A stretch of 64,000 nt of DNA from an uncultured delta proteobacterium (GCA_963767925.1 CAVYGB010000002.1:928001-992000); one strand, 5' to 3'. Shown: positions 19,421 to 32,944, counted from the stretch's first letter. Numbers and translations: made by a program. Notes: a model not told the origin generated them from the sequence alone.

Positions 19421-19960
19421 TCAGGGCGCCATTTCGGGGGGCAGCGCGCCCAGGCGGGCCAGCAGGCGGCGGGTGATGGCGTGTCGCTGGCCGACGATGG
19501 CCGGCCGGTCGGCGTCGCTGCCCCGGAAGGCGACCCCGGCGAGTGCCACCGCGCTGGCGCCGCCGGCGGCGAACGCGACCAGGGGCGATGGCCAGCGGGC
19601 GCCGGCGGCTGGTGGACACGTGCAACGTTCGGTTCGAAGTGGTCATGACGATCCTTTCTCCGGGGGCGGGGACGGGGGCGACGGTGGGAACGGAGACGGC
19701 GGCGCTCGGTGGGCCAGTTGGCGGGGGGGCCGGCAGGCGCAGCAGGCGGCGGATCCGGCCCTCGATCTCGGACCGGGCGGTCGCCAGGCCGGGCGCCGGG
19801 TGGACCGGACCCGGCGCGGCCGCCGCGACGGCCAGCAGGGTGCGGGCGTAGGCGGTGGGACGGACGCTGGCGAGGACGACGTCGTCGCAGCTCTCCTCCT
19901 GCGCCCGCTCGAGCCAGCGCCGGAGCAGGTGCCGCCGGCACGACATCGACGGCGAGGTCG
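19421..19960 (-). pseudogene. 3' remnant of an M56/BlaR1-family gene (no HExxH); internal SD+ATG at 19646
   Basis: EESCDDVVL...YARTLL...IEGRIRRLL, then a TM segment with a +1 shift near 19585. Confidence 0.7.
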
Positions 19961-20053
19961 CACGTCCTCCCCGCCTGGACCTCAGGTGGACCGTCCCTTC
20001 TACCGAAGGTGGGATGGACCCGGGCGACACCCGGGGTGGGAGAGGAGACCAGG

Positions 20054-22261
<2,208 letters not shown>

Positions 22262-22300
22262 GCGCGGTGCTACTCAAATCCCGCCCACCCGGTGCCCGTT

Positions 22301-22428
22301 TGCCCTCTCCCCGCAGCCGTCCGCGGCTGTGGGGAGAGGGCAGGGTGAGGGGAGGCTGCCTCGCCGGAGGCCCCTCACCCGGCGCGCAGACGCGCCGACC
22401 TCTCCCCACGGCAGACCGCGGGGAGAGG
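22301..22428. repeat. Inverted doublet of REP-like palindromes (variant family)
   Basis: CCCTCTCCCCGCAGCC..GGCTGTGGGGAGAGGGCAGGGTGAGGGG facing CCCCTCACCC..CCTCTCCCC..GGGGAGAGG. Confidence 0.8.
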
Positions 22429-22465
22429 TGATGCGGAGGTGATGGGCGGTGAGGGGGTGATGAAG

Positions 22466-22825
22466 TGATGGGTGATGGGTGATGGGTGATGGGTGTGGGT
22501 GTGGGTGATGGGTGATGGGTGATGGGTGATGGGTGATGGGTGATGGGTGATGGGTGATGGGGAATGGGGAATGGGGAATGGGGAATGGGGGATGGGGGAT
22601 GGGGGATGGGGGATGGGGGATGGGGGATGGGGGATGGGGGATGGGGTGATGGGGATGGGGGATGGGGGATGGGGGATGGGGGATGGGGGATGGGGGATGG
22701 GGGATGGGGGATGGGGTGATGGGGATGGGGGATGGGGGATGGGGGATGGGGGATGGGGGATGGGGGATGGGGTGATGGGGATGGGGATGGGGATGGGATG
22801 GGGGATGGGGGATGAGGGGGGGGGC
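22466..22825. repeat. ~360-bp G-rich heptamer tandem array (GGGTGAT, then GGGGAAT, then GGGGGAT)
   Basis: Directly visible; almost no C on the + strand. Confidence 0.92.
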
Positions 22826-24727
22826 TCAGGGCGCGATGGTGAAGCGGGCGGCTGTGGGGTCGTGGTCGCTGGCCTGGACGGCGAGCTCGGCGTTGACGTG
22901 GACGATGTCGTAGGCGGCGCCGGCGAGCGCGGGGCTGACCAGGATGTGGTCGAGCGCCTGGCTGTTGCCCTCGAACACGTAGCTGTAGCGCTCGGCGGGG
23001 GGCAGGGTCTCGACCAGCGCGGTGAGGCAGGCCTGGCCCAGGCGGGCCAGGGGCGGGGAGGAGGGGAAGTCGTTGAGGTCGCCCATCACCAGGATGCGGG
23101 CCGTCGCATCGAGGGCCAGGATCTCCTCGACGAAGCTGGCCACCACCTCGACCTGCTGCAGCCGCTGCGGCTCGGAGGTGAGCCGGGGCGGCTGGAAGCG
23201 CCCGAACAGGGGCTGGTCGCCGCCCCTGGAGTTGAAGTGGTTGGCCACCACGAACAGGGTCTGGCCGGCGAAGGTCAGCTCGGCGGCCAGCGGCTTGCGG
23301 CTGTTGCGGAAGGCGGGGTTGCCGGGATCGAGGCGGCCGGGGCTCAGCTCCAGCCGGGGGACGCCGCCGGCGGACAGCACGCGGTTGGGCCGGGCGGCGG
23401 TGGCGCCCGGGCGGTCGACGAAGGCCAGGCCCCGGTCGCTGCGGAACAGGATCACCACCCGGATGTTGCCGCCCGGCTCGCCCCCGTCCTGGTCGTCGGC
23501 GGGGTCGACGCCGCGGGACTGATAGGCGGGGCCGCCGGCCGCGGCGATGGCGCCGGTCAGCCGCTGCAAGGTGGCGCCGGCGGTCACCACCGCGTCGTTG
23601 CGGGGGCCGTTGTCGTCTTGCACCTCCTCGAGGGCGACGAGATCGGGCGCCGCCAGGTGGCCGACCACGATCTCCGCCAGGGCGGCGAACTTGCCCGCGT
23701 CGTCGGCGGCGGCGAGGTTCTCGACGTTGAGGGTGGCGAAGGTCAGCTCGGTGGCGGCCGGAGGGCCAAAGCGCAGCGAGGCGCGGGTCAGGCCGCCGGG
23801 CTGGATCGGGGGCAGGGGCTCGCTGGCCAGCAGCTTGAAGTTGCCGAAGGAGTAATCGAGGACGCCGGTGATCGGGCCGGGCAGCCGGTCGCCCACCTGC
23901 GCCTCGGGCAGGTCGACGAGGGCGCTGGAGACGATGACCCGCTCCGGATTGAAGTCGCCGGGCGCGACCACGACCCCGCCCCGCGGGCTGCGCAGCCCGG
24001 CGCCCTGGCCCCCGCGGGCCAGCACCGGGAGCTCGCGCGCGGGCGGGTTGCCCCCGAAGTCGAAGGTCGGTCCCACCACCACCGCGTCGGTCAGGACGAC
24101 ACGCATCGATTCCAGGCTCTCGTAGAAGTCGAGGCCGTCGCGGTCGGGGTCGAACACGGTCGGCCCGATCTCCACGTCGCCCTCGGTGTCGTCGTCGATC
24201 ACCGCGCCGGGCGGGTGGCGCTCGCCCGGGGCGGGCCCGATGGCCACCGGCGGGGGCAGCGGGTTGCCGCTCGACAGGACGCGCAGGTCGGTGGGGCGAT
24301 CGATCTGGGTGGTGGTGAGGTTGGCGAAGGCGCTGGCCCCGGGGCCGCAGTCCGCGCAGCCGGGGCGGTACTCGCTGACCGGCCCGGTCACCTGCAGGGC
24401 GTCGCCGGCCGCCACCTCCGGCTGGCTGCTGGTGAAGACGAACAGCGCCTCCGAGGTCTCCGGGTCCCCGTCGGGCAGCGGGTCCTGCAGGAAAAAGCCG
24501 TTGCTCCGGACGGCGGTGGCGATCCCGCGCACGGCGACCACCACCTGCCCCACCCGCGGCGAGCGGTGGGCCTTGCCCTGGATCTCGCGGATGCGCACGC
24601 CCCCTCCCGCCAGGCCGGCCGGAGCCCCCGGCCCCGGCGCGCTCCTCTCGCGCCAGCCGGGGGAGACGCAGCCACAGCCCGCGGTCGCGACGACGGCCGC
24701 CACAATGGAGGCGAAGCGGTGTTTCAT
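22826..24727 (-). CDS. Extracellular endonuclease/exonuclease/phosphatase (ExeM/NucH-like), probable lipoprotein
   Basis: IREIQG, GFFLQD, YESLESM, NVENL, EEVQD, NHFNS, GDLND, LDHIL, SDHDP; lipobox TAGC. Confidence 0.9.
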   Translation of the reverse strand: MKHRFASIVAAVVATAGCGCVSPGWRERSAPGPGAPAGLAGGGVRIREIQGKAHRSPRVGQVVVAVRGIATAVRSNGFFLQDPLPDGDPETSEALFVFTSSQPEVAAGDALQVTGPVSEYRPGCADCGPGASAFANLTTTQIDRPTDLRVLSSGNPLPPPVAIGPAPGERHPPGAVIDDDTEGDVEIGPTVFDPDRDGLDFYESLESMRVVLTDAVVVGPTFDFGGNPPARELPVLARGGQGAGLRSPRGGVVVAPGDFNPERVIVSSALVDLPEAQVGDRLPGPITGVLDYSFGNFKLLASEPLPPIQPGGLTRASLRFGPPAATELTFATLNVENLAAADDAGKFAALAEIVVGHLAAPDLVALEEVQDDNGPRNDAVVTAGATLQRLTGAIAAAGGPAYQSRGVDPADDQDGGEPGGNIRVVILFRSDRGLAFVDRPGATAARPNRVLSAGGVPRLELSPGRLDPGNPAFRNSRKPLAAELTFAGQTLFVVANHFNSRGGDQPLFGRFQPPRLTSEPQRLQQVEVVASFVEEILALDATARILVMGDLNDFPSSPPLARLGQACLTALVETLPPAERYSYVFEGNSQALDHILVSPALAGAAYDIVHVNAELAVQASDHDPTAARFTIAP

Positions 24728-24773
24728 CTCTCGAAGGTATCGGCCGGGGCCACGCGGCGGGTGCTCCGGGCGG

Positions 24774-25322
24774 TCAGGGTTTGCAGTCGGGCGTCGAGGC
24801 GACGAAGGCGCCCAGCGGCGCCAGGCGCTTCTCCGCCAGGGCGCCGCGCACGGGGCCCAGCAGGGCCGCCAGGCGGGCGGCGGCGGCGCCGCCGATCAGG
24901 CCCTCGATCTCGGCGGCGTGGACGGCGTGGATGAGGCCCACCGCCCCGGGCAGGCGCGGGTCGGTCTCCTCGATCGCCTCGTAGTAGCCCAGGGCCGCCG
25001 TCCAGGTCTCCTGCAGGTCGGCCAGCGCCCCCCGCGTGCGCCGCTGCTCGTCGGGCGACAGCCCCGCCTCGATCGCGAACGCCTCGAACCGCCGCCAGGC
25101 CTCGCGCCCGCGCTGCGGGGAAGCCGGCTGGGCGACCCGCACCCCCTCGAACACGCCCGCTCGGCTCGACGGGGCCCCAGGGTCATCCGACCGGGCGGGC
25201 GCGAGGCCAAAGCCCATCATCACCAGCAACCCGCCCGCCACCGCGCCGATGGAGCGCTCGCCCCAGGCCGGCGCGCGGGGCGCCGGGGGGCCGTCGGTGG
25301 AGGGATAGAGAGTCGCTACCAC
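24774..25322 (-). CDS. Hypothetical protein with one N-terminal hydrophobic segment
   Basis: ORF fills the gap, co-oriented with the nuclease; start uncertain. Confidence 0.5.
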   Translation of the reverse strand: MVATLYPSTDGPPAPRAPAWGERSIGAVAGGLLVMMGFGLAPARSDDPGAPSSRAGVFEGVRVAQPASPQRGREAWRRFEAFAIEAGLSPDEQRRTRGALADLQETWTAALGYYEAIEETDPRLPGAVGLIHAVHAAEIEGLIGGAAAARLAALLGPVRGALAEKRLAPLGAFVASTPDCKP

Positions 25323-25466
25323 GCTATGAGGCTACCAGGGCGGCGGCGACGTTTCCGCGACGGCTGGGGAACTTTGCCATGGCCCCTCCGTCGCGCCCCG
25401 GAGGTTCCTGCCCGCCGGCGTCCGGCCGCGCCCGCTCGCTGCGAGCCCGCCCGCCAGGCCGGGCCC

Positions 25467-25871
25467 TCAGTTCCGTACCGGCGCGGCAGCGGCGGCGCCG
25501 GGGGCGGGCCGGCTCGCTTCGCTCTCCGAAGCCAGATGGAGGATCGCGCTCTCGATCCACGCGCCGGCGATGTCGCCCCGGATCGCGACCTCGAACACCG
25601 GCGGAAGCCCGGCGAGAAACAGCTTCGCGGCCTGGCGTTCGCAGCCGATGTAGCCGCAGACGAACCGGGAGACCGGCCCGCCGCCGCCGCAACGCTCGAA
25701 CAGCACCGATCCCTTCAGGATCTCGGGCAGCAGGACCGACGAGTCGACGAGGTCGGTGGGCGCTCCGTTCTCGAGGATGTGCGCGTCGCCGCCCGGCAAG
25801 ACGACGATCTCGCCGGGCGGGAAACGCAGGGGATCGCAGCCGCTGACCCGGACGCTCGGCCCCCCCAGCAA
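25467..25871 (-). pseudogene. Fragment of the cupin sensor domain of an AraC-family regulator
   Basis: GEIVVLPGGDAHIL...GGGGPVSRFVCGY...FLAGLPP...ASRP; lacks the normal N-terminus and the HTH. Confidence 0.65.
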
Positions 25872-26171
25872 GACCCGCCTCGCCGACGGGAAACATTTCT
25901 TCCGGGCGGGGGCCGCCCACGTGGCCGCGCAGATCGCCCGCCGGCTGCATCCTCTCGCGGCGCGTGGGCCCGCCGCGCCCGGTCGCGGTCCACGTCGCCG
26001 GGCGAAGTTTTACAAGGTCCTGACGCCCTCGGCGGCACCGGGGTCAGGCCACCGTGGTACCACCTAGCCCCGATGGCGCCCTCCCGCGGCGCCGTCGACG
26101 AGCGGGCGGGCACGGGGGACGGATCCAGCGCGCCACGTTCGTGTAAGGTGCGGGCGCCCCAGGAGGTCCCC

Positions 26172-27320
26172 ATGTCCATCCATCGAAGGTCTCTGCTCCC
26201 GGCCCTGGGAGGGCTGGGCCTGGCAGGTTGCGGGATGTTGCCCCGGCCGCGCGGCCGCAGCCTCGAGCGGCTCATCTCGCTGGGCGACTTCGAAGCCGAA
26301 GCCCAGGAACGCCTGTCGCGGATGGCGTTCGACTTCATCGCCGGCGGCGCCGGCGACGAGATCACCGTGCGCTGGAACCGGGAGGCGTTCGATCGGGTGG
26401 CCCTGCGCCCCGGCACCATGGTCGACGTCTCGAGCATCGACACGAGGACCATCCTCCTCGGGCAGTCCCTGGCCCACCCGATCATGCTGGCCCCGACCGG
26501 CTACCACCGCCTGATCCACCCCGAGGGCGAGATCGCCACCGCCCAGGGCGCGGGCGCCGCCCAGGCCCTGCTGACCGTCAGCTCCAGCGCCACGATGTCG
26601 ATCGAGCAGATCGCCCGCGCCGCCCGCGGCCCACTCTGGTTCCAGCTCTACATCCAGGAGGACCGGGGCTTCACCCGCCAGCTCGTGGCGCGCGCCGAGG
26701 CGGCCGGCTGCAAGGCCATCGTGCTCACCGTCGACGCGCCGGTGGCCGGCGCCCGCAACCGCGAGCGGCGCTCGTCGTTCGTGTTGCCCGCCGGGATGGA
26801 GGCGCCGATGAATCCCCTGTCGAACCGGGCCCGCCGGGGCGACCAGGGGCAAGATCCCCTCCTCAAGTACCAGCGCTTCCCGGTGACCTGGAAGGACCTC
26901 GAGTGGCTGCGCACGATCGCCAGGACCCCCATCCTGCTCAAGGGGATCTTGCACCCCAACGACGCCGACCAGGCCGCCCGCAGCGGCGCCGCCGGGATCA
27001 TCGTCTCGAACCACGGCGGGCGGTACCTCGACTCGGCCCCCGCCACCCTCGACGTGTTGCCGGCGGTGGTGGAGAAGGTTGACGGCCGCCTGCCCATCCT
27101 CGTCGACGGGGGCATCCGCCGCGGCACCGACGTGCTCAAGGCCCTGGCCCGGGGCGCGTCGGCGGTGATGGTCGGTCGCCCCTACCTCTACGGGCTGGGC
27201 GCGGCCGGCGCCGCCGGGGTCAAGCGGGTGGTCGACATCTTGCGGGTCGAGCTGGAGATGGCGATGGCCCTCACCGGCCGCCCCGCCCTCGCCTTCGTCG
27301 ACCGCTCGCTGCTCGCCTGA
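26172..27320 (+). CDS. FMN-dependent alpha-hydroxy-acid oxidase with a Tat/lipoprotein-like leader
   Basis: [48 protein letters not shown]. Confidence 0.92.
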   Translation: MSIHRRSLLPALGGLGLAGCGMLPRPRGRSLERLISLGDFEAEAQERLSRMAFDFIAGGAGDEITVRWNREAFDRVALRPGTMVDVSSIDTRTILLGQSLAHPIMLAPTGYHRLIHPEGEIATAQGAGAAQALLTVSSSATMSIEQIARAARGPLWFQLYIQEDRGFTRQLVARAEAAGCKAIVLTVDAPVAGARNRERRSSFVLPAGMEAPMNPLSNRARRGDQGQDPLLKYQRFPVTWKDLEWLRTIARTPILLKGILHPNDADQAARSGAAGIIVSNHGGRYLDSAPATLDVLPAVVEKVDGRLPILVDGGIRRGTDVLKALARGASAVMVGRPYLYGLGAAGAAGVKRVVDILRVELEMAMALTGRPALAFVDRSLLA

Positions 27321-27391
27321 AGCGGGGACCTTCGCAAGAGACGGTCCAGCCCCTGCGGTCGGGGGCCGGGGTGCGCTATGGTCAGGCCACG

Positions 27392-28379
27392 ATGAGCGCC
27401 GTCATCAGCATCACCGGCCTGACCAAGACCTACGCCTCCGGCCTGCAGGCCTTGAAGAGCGTGGACCTCGAGATCCAGCGGGGCGAGATCTTCGCCCTGC
27501 TGGGCCCCAACGGCGCCGGCAAGACCACCCTGATCAACATCGTGTGTGGCATCGTCACCGCCAGCAGCGGCAAGGTGCTGGTCGACGGCCAGGACAGCGA
27601 GCGCGACTACCGGGCCGTGCGGGCCCGGATCGGCCTCGTGCCCCAGGAGCTGACCACCGACGCCTTCGAGACGGTGTGGGCCACCGTCACCTTCAGCCGG
27701 GGGCTGTTCGGCCGCCCGGCCAGCCCCGCCCACATCGAGAAGGTGCTGCGCGATCTGTCCCTGTGGGACAAGCGCCACGAGAAGATCATGAACCTCTCGG
27801 GCGGCATGAAGCGCCGGGTGATGATCGCCAAGGCCCTCTCGCACGAGCCGGAGATCCTGTTCCTCGACGAGCCGACCGCCGGCGTCGACGTGGAGCTGCG
27901 GCGGGACATGTGGAACCTGGTGCGGGGGCTGCGCGAGCAGCGGCGTCACCATCATCCTGACCACCCATTACATCGACGAGGCCGAGGAGATGGCCGACCG
28001 GATCGGCATCATCACCAAGGGCGAGCTGGTGGTGGTCGAGGAGAAGGCCAGGCTCATGCAGAAGCTCGGCAAGCGGCAGCTCACCCTGCAGCTGCAGGAG
28101 CCGATGACCGCCATCCCCGCCGAGCTGGCCGCCTGGTCCCTGGCCCTCAAGGCCAAGGGCTACGAGCTCGAGTACACCTTCGACGCCAACGACGGCAAGG
28201 CCGACATCCCCGCCCTGCTGCGCCGCCTGGACGACCTGGGGATCAACTTCAAGGATCTGAGCACCCGCCAGAGCTCGCTCGAGGAGATCTTCGTGAGCCT
28301 CATCCACCACCAGCCACCGCCGGGAGACGCCGGCAACGGCGCCGCCGCCCAGGCCAAGAGCGCGGGAGGGTCGCGGTGA
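27392..28379 (+). CDS. ABC transporter ATP-binding protein (YadG-like), frameshift at ~27938
   Basis: [22 protein letters not shown]; the H-loop TTHYIDEAE continues in another frame. Confidence 0.88.
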
Positions 28380-29152
28380 GCGCCCCCGGCTTCAACCACC
28401 GGGGCGTCTGGGCCATCTACCGGTTCGAGATGGCCCGCTTCGGGCGCACCGTCGTGCAGAGCGTGGTCACCCCCGTCATCACCACCTCGCTCTACTTCGT
28501 CGTGTTCGGCTCGGCCATCGGGTCGCGCATGAGCGAGGTGGGCGGCGTCCCCTACGGCGCCTTCATCGTGCCCGGCCTCATGATGCTGTCCCTCTTCACC
28601 GAGAGCATCTCCAACGCCTCGTTCGGCATCTACTTTCCCAAGTTCACCGGGACGATCTACGAGCTGCTGTCGGCCCCCATCTCCTTCGTCGAGATGATCA
28701 TCGGCTACGTCGGCGCCGCCGCCAGCAAGTCGATCATCCTCGGCATGATCATACTGGCCACGGCGTCGTTCTTCGTGCCGGTGCGGATCGCCCACCCGGT
28801 CTGGATGATCGCCTTTCTGCTGCTGACCGTGACCACCTTCAGCCTGTTCGGGTTCGTGATCGGCATCTGGGCCAAGGGGTTCGAGCAGCTCCAGTTCATC
28901 CCCATGCTCGTCATCACCCCCCTGGCCTTCCTGGGCGGCGCCTTCTACTCGATCGACATGTTGCCCCCCACCTGGCGCACGCTGGTGCTGTTCAACCCCG
29001 TCGTCTACCTGATCAGCGGCTTCCGCTGGGCCTTCTACGACACCGCCGACGTCGCCGTCCCGGTCAGCCTGGGCGCCACCCTCGTCTTCTTCCTCACCCT
29101 CCTGCTCGTCATCCGCTGGATGGTCAAGACCGGCTACCGCCTGAAGAACTGA
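28376..29152 (+). CDS. ABC-2 type permease (YadH-like)
   Basis: GTGA overlap; [28 protein letters not shown]. Confidence 0.9.
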   Translation: MSAPGFNHRGVWAIYRFEMARFGRTVVQSVVTPVITTSLYFVVFGSAIGSRMSEVGGVPYGAFIVPGLMMLSLFTESISNASFGIYFPKFTGTIYELLSAPISFVEMIIGYVGAAASKSIILGMIILATASFFVPVRIAHPVWMIAFLLLTVTTFSLFGFVIGIWAKGFEQLQFIPMLVITPLAFLGGAFYSIDMLPPTWRTLVLFNPVVYLISGFRWAFYDTADVAVPVSLGATLVFFLTLLLVIRWMVKTGYRLKN

Positions 29153-29329
29153 CCCCCTGCCGGGCCGGGCTCCACCCGGGTGACGCGCGTCCCATCGTGG
29201 GAATCATGCAAGGAGACTTCCCGACCTGCCGCGCCAAGCTAGACGCCAGGGCCGGACCCACGGTAGCGTCGAGGCCGCGTGAACGGAACGTCTGGGCGAA
29301 GGTGGGCTCGACCACCCGGAGGAGGGTCC

Positions 29330-31036
29330 ATGCGCCGCGGGCTTCGTCCCGCGCGACTTGCCGTCCGTCTGCTGGTGGCCAGCGTCCTGGTCGGGTGCGC
29401 GGGCACGGCGCCCGAGCGGCTGTCGATCACGGCACCTGCGCCGATCGTCGCGCGCGGCTGTCCGGTGCTCAACGGCGTGGCGATCAGCCCCGACGCGGGC
29501 GGGCCGGGCGCGCGGCTGTGCGGCCGCGTGCGGCTCCCGCCGGGCGCCGCCGCGCCGACGGACCCGGGGAACCTGGTCCTCTCCTGGTACACGCCGCGGG
29601 AGCACGCCCGCTTCCGGAACCGGCACCTGCCGCCCATGGATCTGTTCTGGACGCTGTTCGACCGGGCGCGGGTGGTGACCGGGGCCAACCTGGCGGCCGG
29701 GTCGGGGATCGACTACGCGCTCGATTACCCGGGCGGCGAGGCGGTGGTCCTGGCCATCGCCGACCTCCGGCGCGACTTCTGGGAGACGCTGTTCGGCGAG
29801 GGGGCGGGCAACTTCATCGGCGTGTCGGTCGGGACCACGCCGCTGGCCCGCGGCGACCGCCGGGCGGACGTCGTGCTGGCCGCCGCGCCCGCCGCCGAGC
29901 CGCGGCCCGAAGCGTGCCAGGGCGACCGCTTCGAGCTGGTGATCGTCGACGCGCCCGAGGTGGCGGGCGCGATCGGCAACCCGACCGCCCGCCGCCTGTG
30001 CGTGTGGCTGCCGGCCTCGTACCGGAGCGCGCCGGAGCGGCGCTACCCCGTCGTCTACCTGTTCTCGGGCTACGCCGGCCGGGACACCTCGTACCTGGTG
30101 GGCAACCAGGAGCTGCGCAGCACCGCCGACGCGCTGGCGGCGGAGGGCGTGGGCGAGGCCATCCTGGTCGGCGTCGACACCAGCAGCCGGCACGGCAGCA
30201 CCTACTTCAGCGATTCACCGGCGGAGGGCGCCTGGGCCACCTTCGCCCGCGAGCGCCTGACCCAGGCCATCGATCGCCTGTTTCGCACCCACCCCGACGG
30301 CAGCGCTCGCGCGCTGGTGGGGCACTCGACCGGCGGCTTCAACGCCATCTCGCTCGCCCTCCGCTTCTCCGAGCTGTTCGGCGCCGCCGCCGCCTCTGCC
30401 CCCGACGCGCTCGACTTCGAGGGCTGGCTGGCCGAGGCCGGCCGGGTGCGCCCGCGGCTGCTGGCCTGGACCCGTCTCGAAGCCGCCCTGGGCGGCCCCG
30501 GACAGATGGCCAGCTACGCCGCCGCCTGGTCGCCGCAGCCGACGGTGACCACGGCCAGCTACCCGTTCGACCTGCAGAGCGGAGCCCTGCGCCCCGACGA
30601 CTTCGCCGCCTGGCAGGCCCACAGCCCGATCCGCCTGCTCGAGGATCCCGCGCGCCTCGCGACGATCCGAAACCGGCTCGATGGCCGCCTGTTCATCACC
30701 GTGGGCAAGAACGACGAGTTCGACCTGCACGATCCAGCCCGCCGCTTCTCCGCCCGCCTCGGCACGCTGCGGGTGAAACACACCTTCCGCAGCACCGCCG
30801 GCGGCCACGGCTCCGACTCCCGCTCCGGCCTGCGCTCCGCCCTCAGCTTCGCCGTGCAAGCCCTCAGCGCCGCCCGCGCCGGCCCCCAGGCACAAGCAGA
30901 CACCGGCGAGGCCTCGCTGACGCCCGCTTTCTCGAACGATGACGGTGGCTCGATTGGCCGCACCGAGGCGATTTGCCACTCATCCCGGGCGGAGACTCGG
31001 CTAGCCTTCTCTCGATGTGCCGGCTCCGACCCCTGA
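29330..31036 (+). CDS. Alpha/beta-hydrolase (putative esterase) lipoprotein
   Basis: Lipobox LVGC; VWLPASY...RYPVVYL, GHSTGG, DEF, GGH. Confidence 0.8.
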   Translation: MRRGLRPARLAVRLLVASVLVGCAGTAPERLSITAPAPIVARGCPVLNGVAISPDAGGPGARLCGRVRLPPGAAAPTDPGNLVLSWYTPREHARFRNRHLPPMDLFWTLFDRARVVTGANLAAGSGIDYALDYPGGEAVVLAIADLRRDFWETLFGEGAGNFIGVSVGTTPLARGDRRADVVLAAAPAAEPRPEACQGDRFELVIVDAPEVAGAIGNPTARRLCVWLPASYRSAPERRYPVVYLFSGYAGRDTSYLVGNQELRSTADALAAEGVGEAILVGVDTSSRHGSTYFSDSPAEGAWATFARERLTQAIDRLFRTHPDGSARALVGHSTGGFNAISLALRFSELFGAAAASAPDALDFEGWLAEAGRVRPRLLAWTRLEAALGGPGQMASYAAAWSPQPTVTTASYPFDLQSGALRPDDFAAWQAHSPIRLLEDPARLATIRNRLDGRLFITVGKNDEFDLHDPARRFSARLGTLRVKHTFRSTAGGHGSDSRSGLRSALSFAVQALSAARAGPQAQADTGEASLTPAFSNDDGGSIGRTEAICHSSRAETRLAFSRCAGSDP

Positions 31037-31290
31037 CCCTGGTCATCGCATCCGTATGCCTCCGTGGCGGGACGGCCCGGGCGAATCCGGCCGATCCCCG
31101 GATGGATCTGCTGGCGAACCGCTACCTGTGGCACCTGCATCGTGAAGGACCCGTGTTTCCGCTGGACTCCGAGGGGCTGCGAAAATACCGCCGGGAATAC
31201 GACAGCCCCTGGGGAGAGTCGATCCGGCACGACGGCGTCTGGGGCCGGGGCCTCGCGAGGCCAGCGACCAGCGACCGACAGCGTCCGTGA
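31016..31290 (+). pseudogene. 5' remnant of a larger secreted protein (possibly a sulfatase N-terminal region)
   Basis: Signal-like segment, then DLLANRYLWHL...SEGLRKYRREYDSPWG, ending early. Confidence 0.35.
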
Positions 31291-31305
31291 CACACGCCTC
31301 GCTAC

Positions 31306-31321
31306 CGGCATCGCGCATGCA
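31306..31321 (+). promoter_or_regulatory. Possible sigma54 promoter
   Basis: CGGCATCGCGCATGCA (GG-N10-GC) about 100 nt upstream of the kinase. Confidence 0.4.
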
Positions 31322-31420
31322 ATGTCACGCCGGAAGGGAGAGTTCCCGCAAATTATCGAGACCTCGCTCGTGGCGAATAGCCTCGGTGAGGCGATCTGCC
31401 ACTTTGCCGGTAGGCCTGTC

Positions 31421-32944
31421 ATGAAAGTTGCGACCAAGCTGGCCCTGGCGGCCGTGTTGATCCTGGTGACGGTCTTTGCGGCTCGGGCCTACGAGAGCGC
31501 CAGGCGAGAAATTGCCCGCGCCGAGGCGGACCTGCGCGAAGGGCAGTTCATCGTGGCGCGAGCCCTGCGCCCTGCCGTCCGGGAAGTCTGGCGCCTCGAG
31601 GGGCGCACGCGGGCCCTGCAGATCCTGGACATCGCCGACGAGCGGATCCAGCGCGCCCGCCATCTCGAGATCGCCTGGGTGCCGTTCCACCCGGTGCCGA
31701 CCTCGTACCAGAAGCTGCTGGGCGCCGCGGACCTGAGGCGCCTGCGCGACAGCGAGGATGCTACTGTGGTCCGGATGACGGCCGACCGCCTCGTGACCTA
31801 CGTCCCACTGCATGTCGGCCCGCAGGCGGAAGGCGCGCTGGAGGTCTCGGAGCCCCTGCAGCCCTACCACGCGCGCTGGCGTGAGGAGGTCTGGGCCGTG
31901 CTCGGCCGGGCCGGGGTGGGGGCGGCGGCCAGCATCCTCGCGGTCAGCGCCCTCGGGTTCGTCATGGTCGGACGCCCCACCCGCCGACTGCGGGACTTCG
32001 CCAGACGCATCGGGGCGGGCGACCTCGGCGGCTCCCTCCACGTACGACAGCGGGACGAGATCGGGGAGCTGGCGGCCGAGATGAACCGGATGTGCGAGCG
32101 GCTGCGCGAGGCCAACGACCGCCTGCAGCGCGAGACGGCCGCGCGCATCGGGGCGATCGAGCAACTCCGGCACGCCGACCGGCTGCGCACGGTGGGGACG
32201 CTGGCCTCGGGCATCGCCCACGAGCTGGGGACGCCGCTCAACGTGGTGGCCGGGCGTGCCAAGATGGTCGCCAGCGGCGAAGCCACCGGCGCCGAGGCGG
32301 CCGACAGCTGCCGGATCGTCGTCGAGCAGGTCGATCGGATCGCCAAGATCATCCGGCAGCTCCTCGATTTTGCCCGCCGCCGCGCCCCCGACCGGGGCCC
32401 GTGCCAGCTCGAGGGCCTCGCCCGACAGACCCTGAACCTGCTGAGCCCGATGGCGCAGAAGCGGGGCGTGACGCTGGAGCTGGAGCCGAGCACCGCCGAC
32501 CTGCAGGCCGAGATCGACGCCGGGCAGGTCCAGCAGGCGCTCGCCAATCTGGTGGTCAACGGCATCCAGTCGATGAAACGTGCCGGCAAGGTCACGGTCG
32601 GCCTCTCTCCGGCGCATCTGACCCCGCCCGCCGACCCCGGGGGCCCGCCCGGCGACTACGCCAGACTCACGGTGAAGGACGAGGGCGCGGGCATCCCCGA
32701 AGAGCTCCTCCCCCGCATCTTCGAGCCGTTTTTCACCACCAAGGAGGTCGGCGAGGGCACCGGGCTCGGCCTCTCGGTCGCCTACGGGATCGCGCGCGAC
32801 CACGGCGGTTGGATCGCGGCCGAGAGCTGCGCCGACGGGGGCAGCCGCTTCGATCTGGTCCTGCCGATCTCGGATTCGATCGTCCCGCCACGCCACGGAA
32901 GCTCGACCGCATCGGGGAAAGCGCAGGCGGACGCGGGGGCCTGA
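31421..32944 (+). CDS. NtrB-type membrane sensor histidine kinase with HAMP
   Basis: [40 protein letters not shown]. Confidence 0.92.
   Translation: MKVATKLALAAVLILVTVFAARAYESARREIARAEADLREGQFIVARALRPAVREVWRLEGRTRALQILDIADERIQRARHLEIAWVPFHPVPTSYQKLLGAADLRRLRDSEDATVVRMTADRLVTYVPLHVGPQAEGALEVSEPLQPYHARWREEVWAVLGRAGVGAAASILAVSALGFVMVGRPTRRLRDFARRIGAGDLGGSLHVRQRDEIGELAAEMNRMCERLREANDRLQRETAARIGAIEQLRHADRLRTVGTLASGIAHELGTPLNVVAGRAKMVASGEATGAEAADSCRIVVEQVDRIAKIIRQLLDFARRRAPDRGPCQLEGLARQTLNLLSPMAQKRGVTLELEPSTADLQAEIDAGQVQQALANLVVNGIQSMKRAGKVTVGLSPAHLTPPADPGGPPGDYARLTVKDEGAGIPEELLPRIFEPFFTTKEVGEGTGLGLSVAYGIARDHGGWIAAESCADGGSRFDLVLPISDSIVPPRHGSSTASGKAQADAGA

Noticed and set aside
22547..22825. MGDGGW-repeat protein in the ORF track
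   Set aside because: Translation of the heptamer array, continuing antisense to the nuclease gene.
27930..27945. ATPase-permease fusion ORF 27371..29152
   Set aside because: A single extra base shifts the frame; the ATPase H-loop continues in another frame and the permease has its own GTG start.
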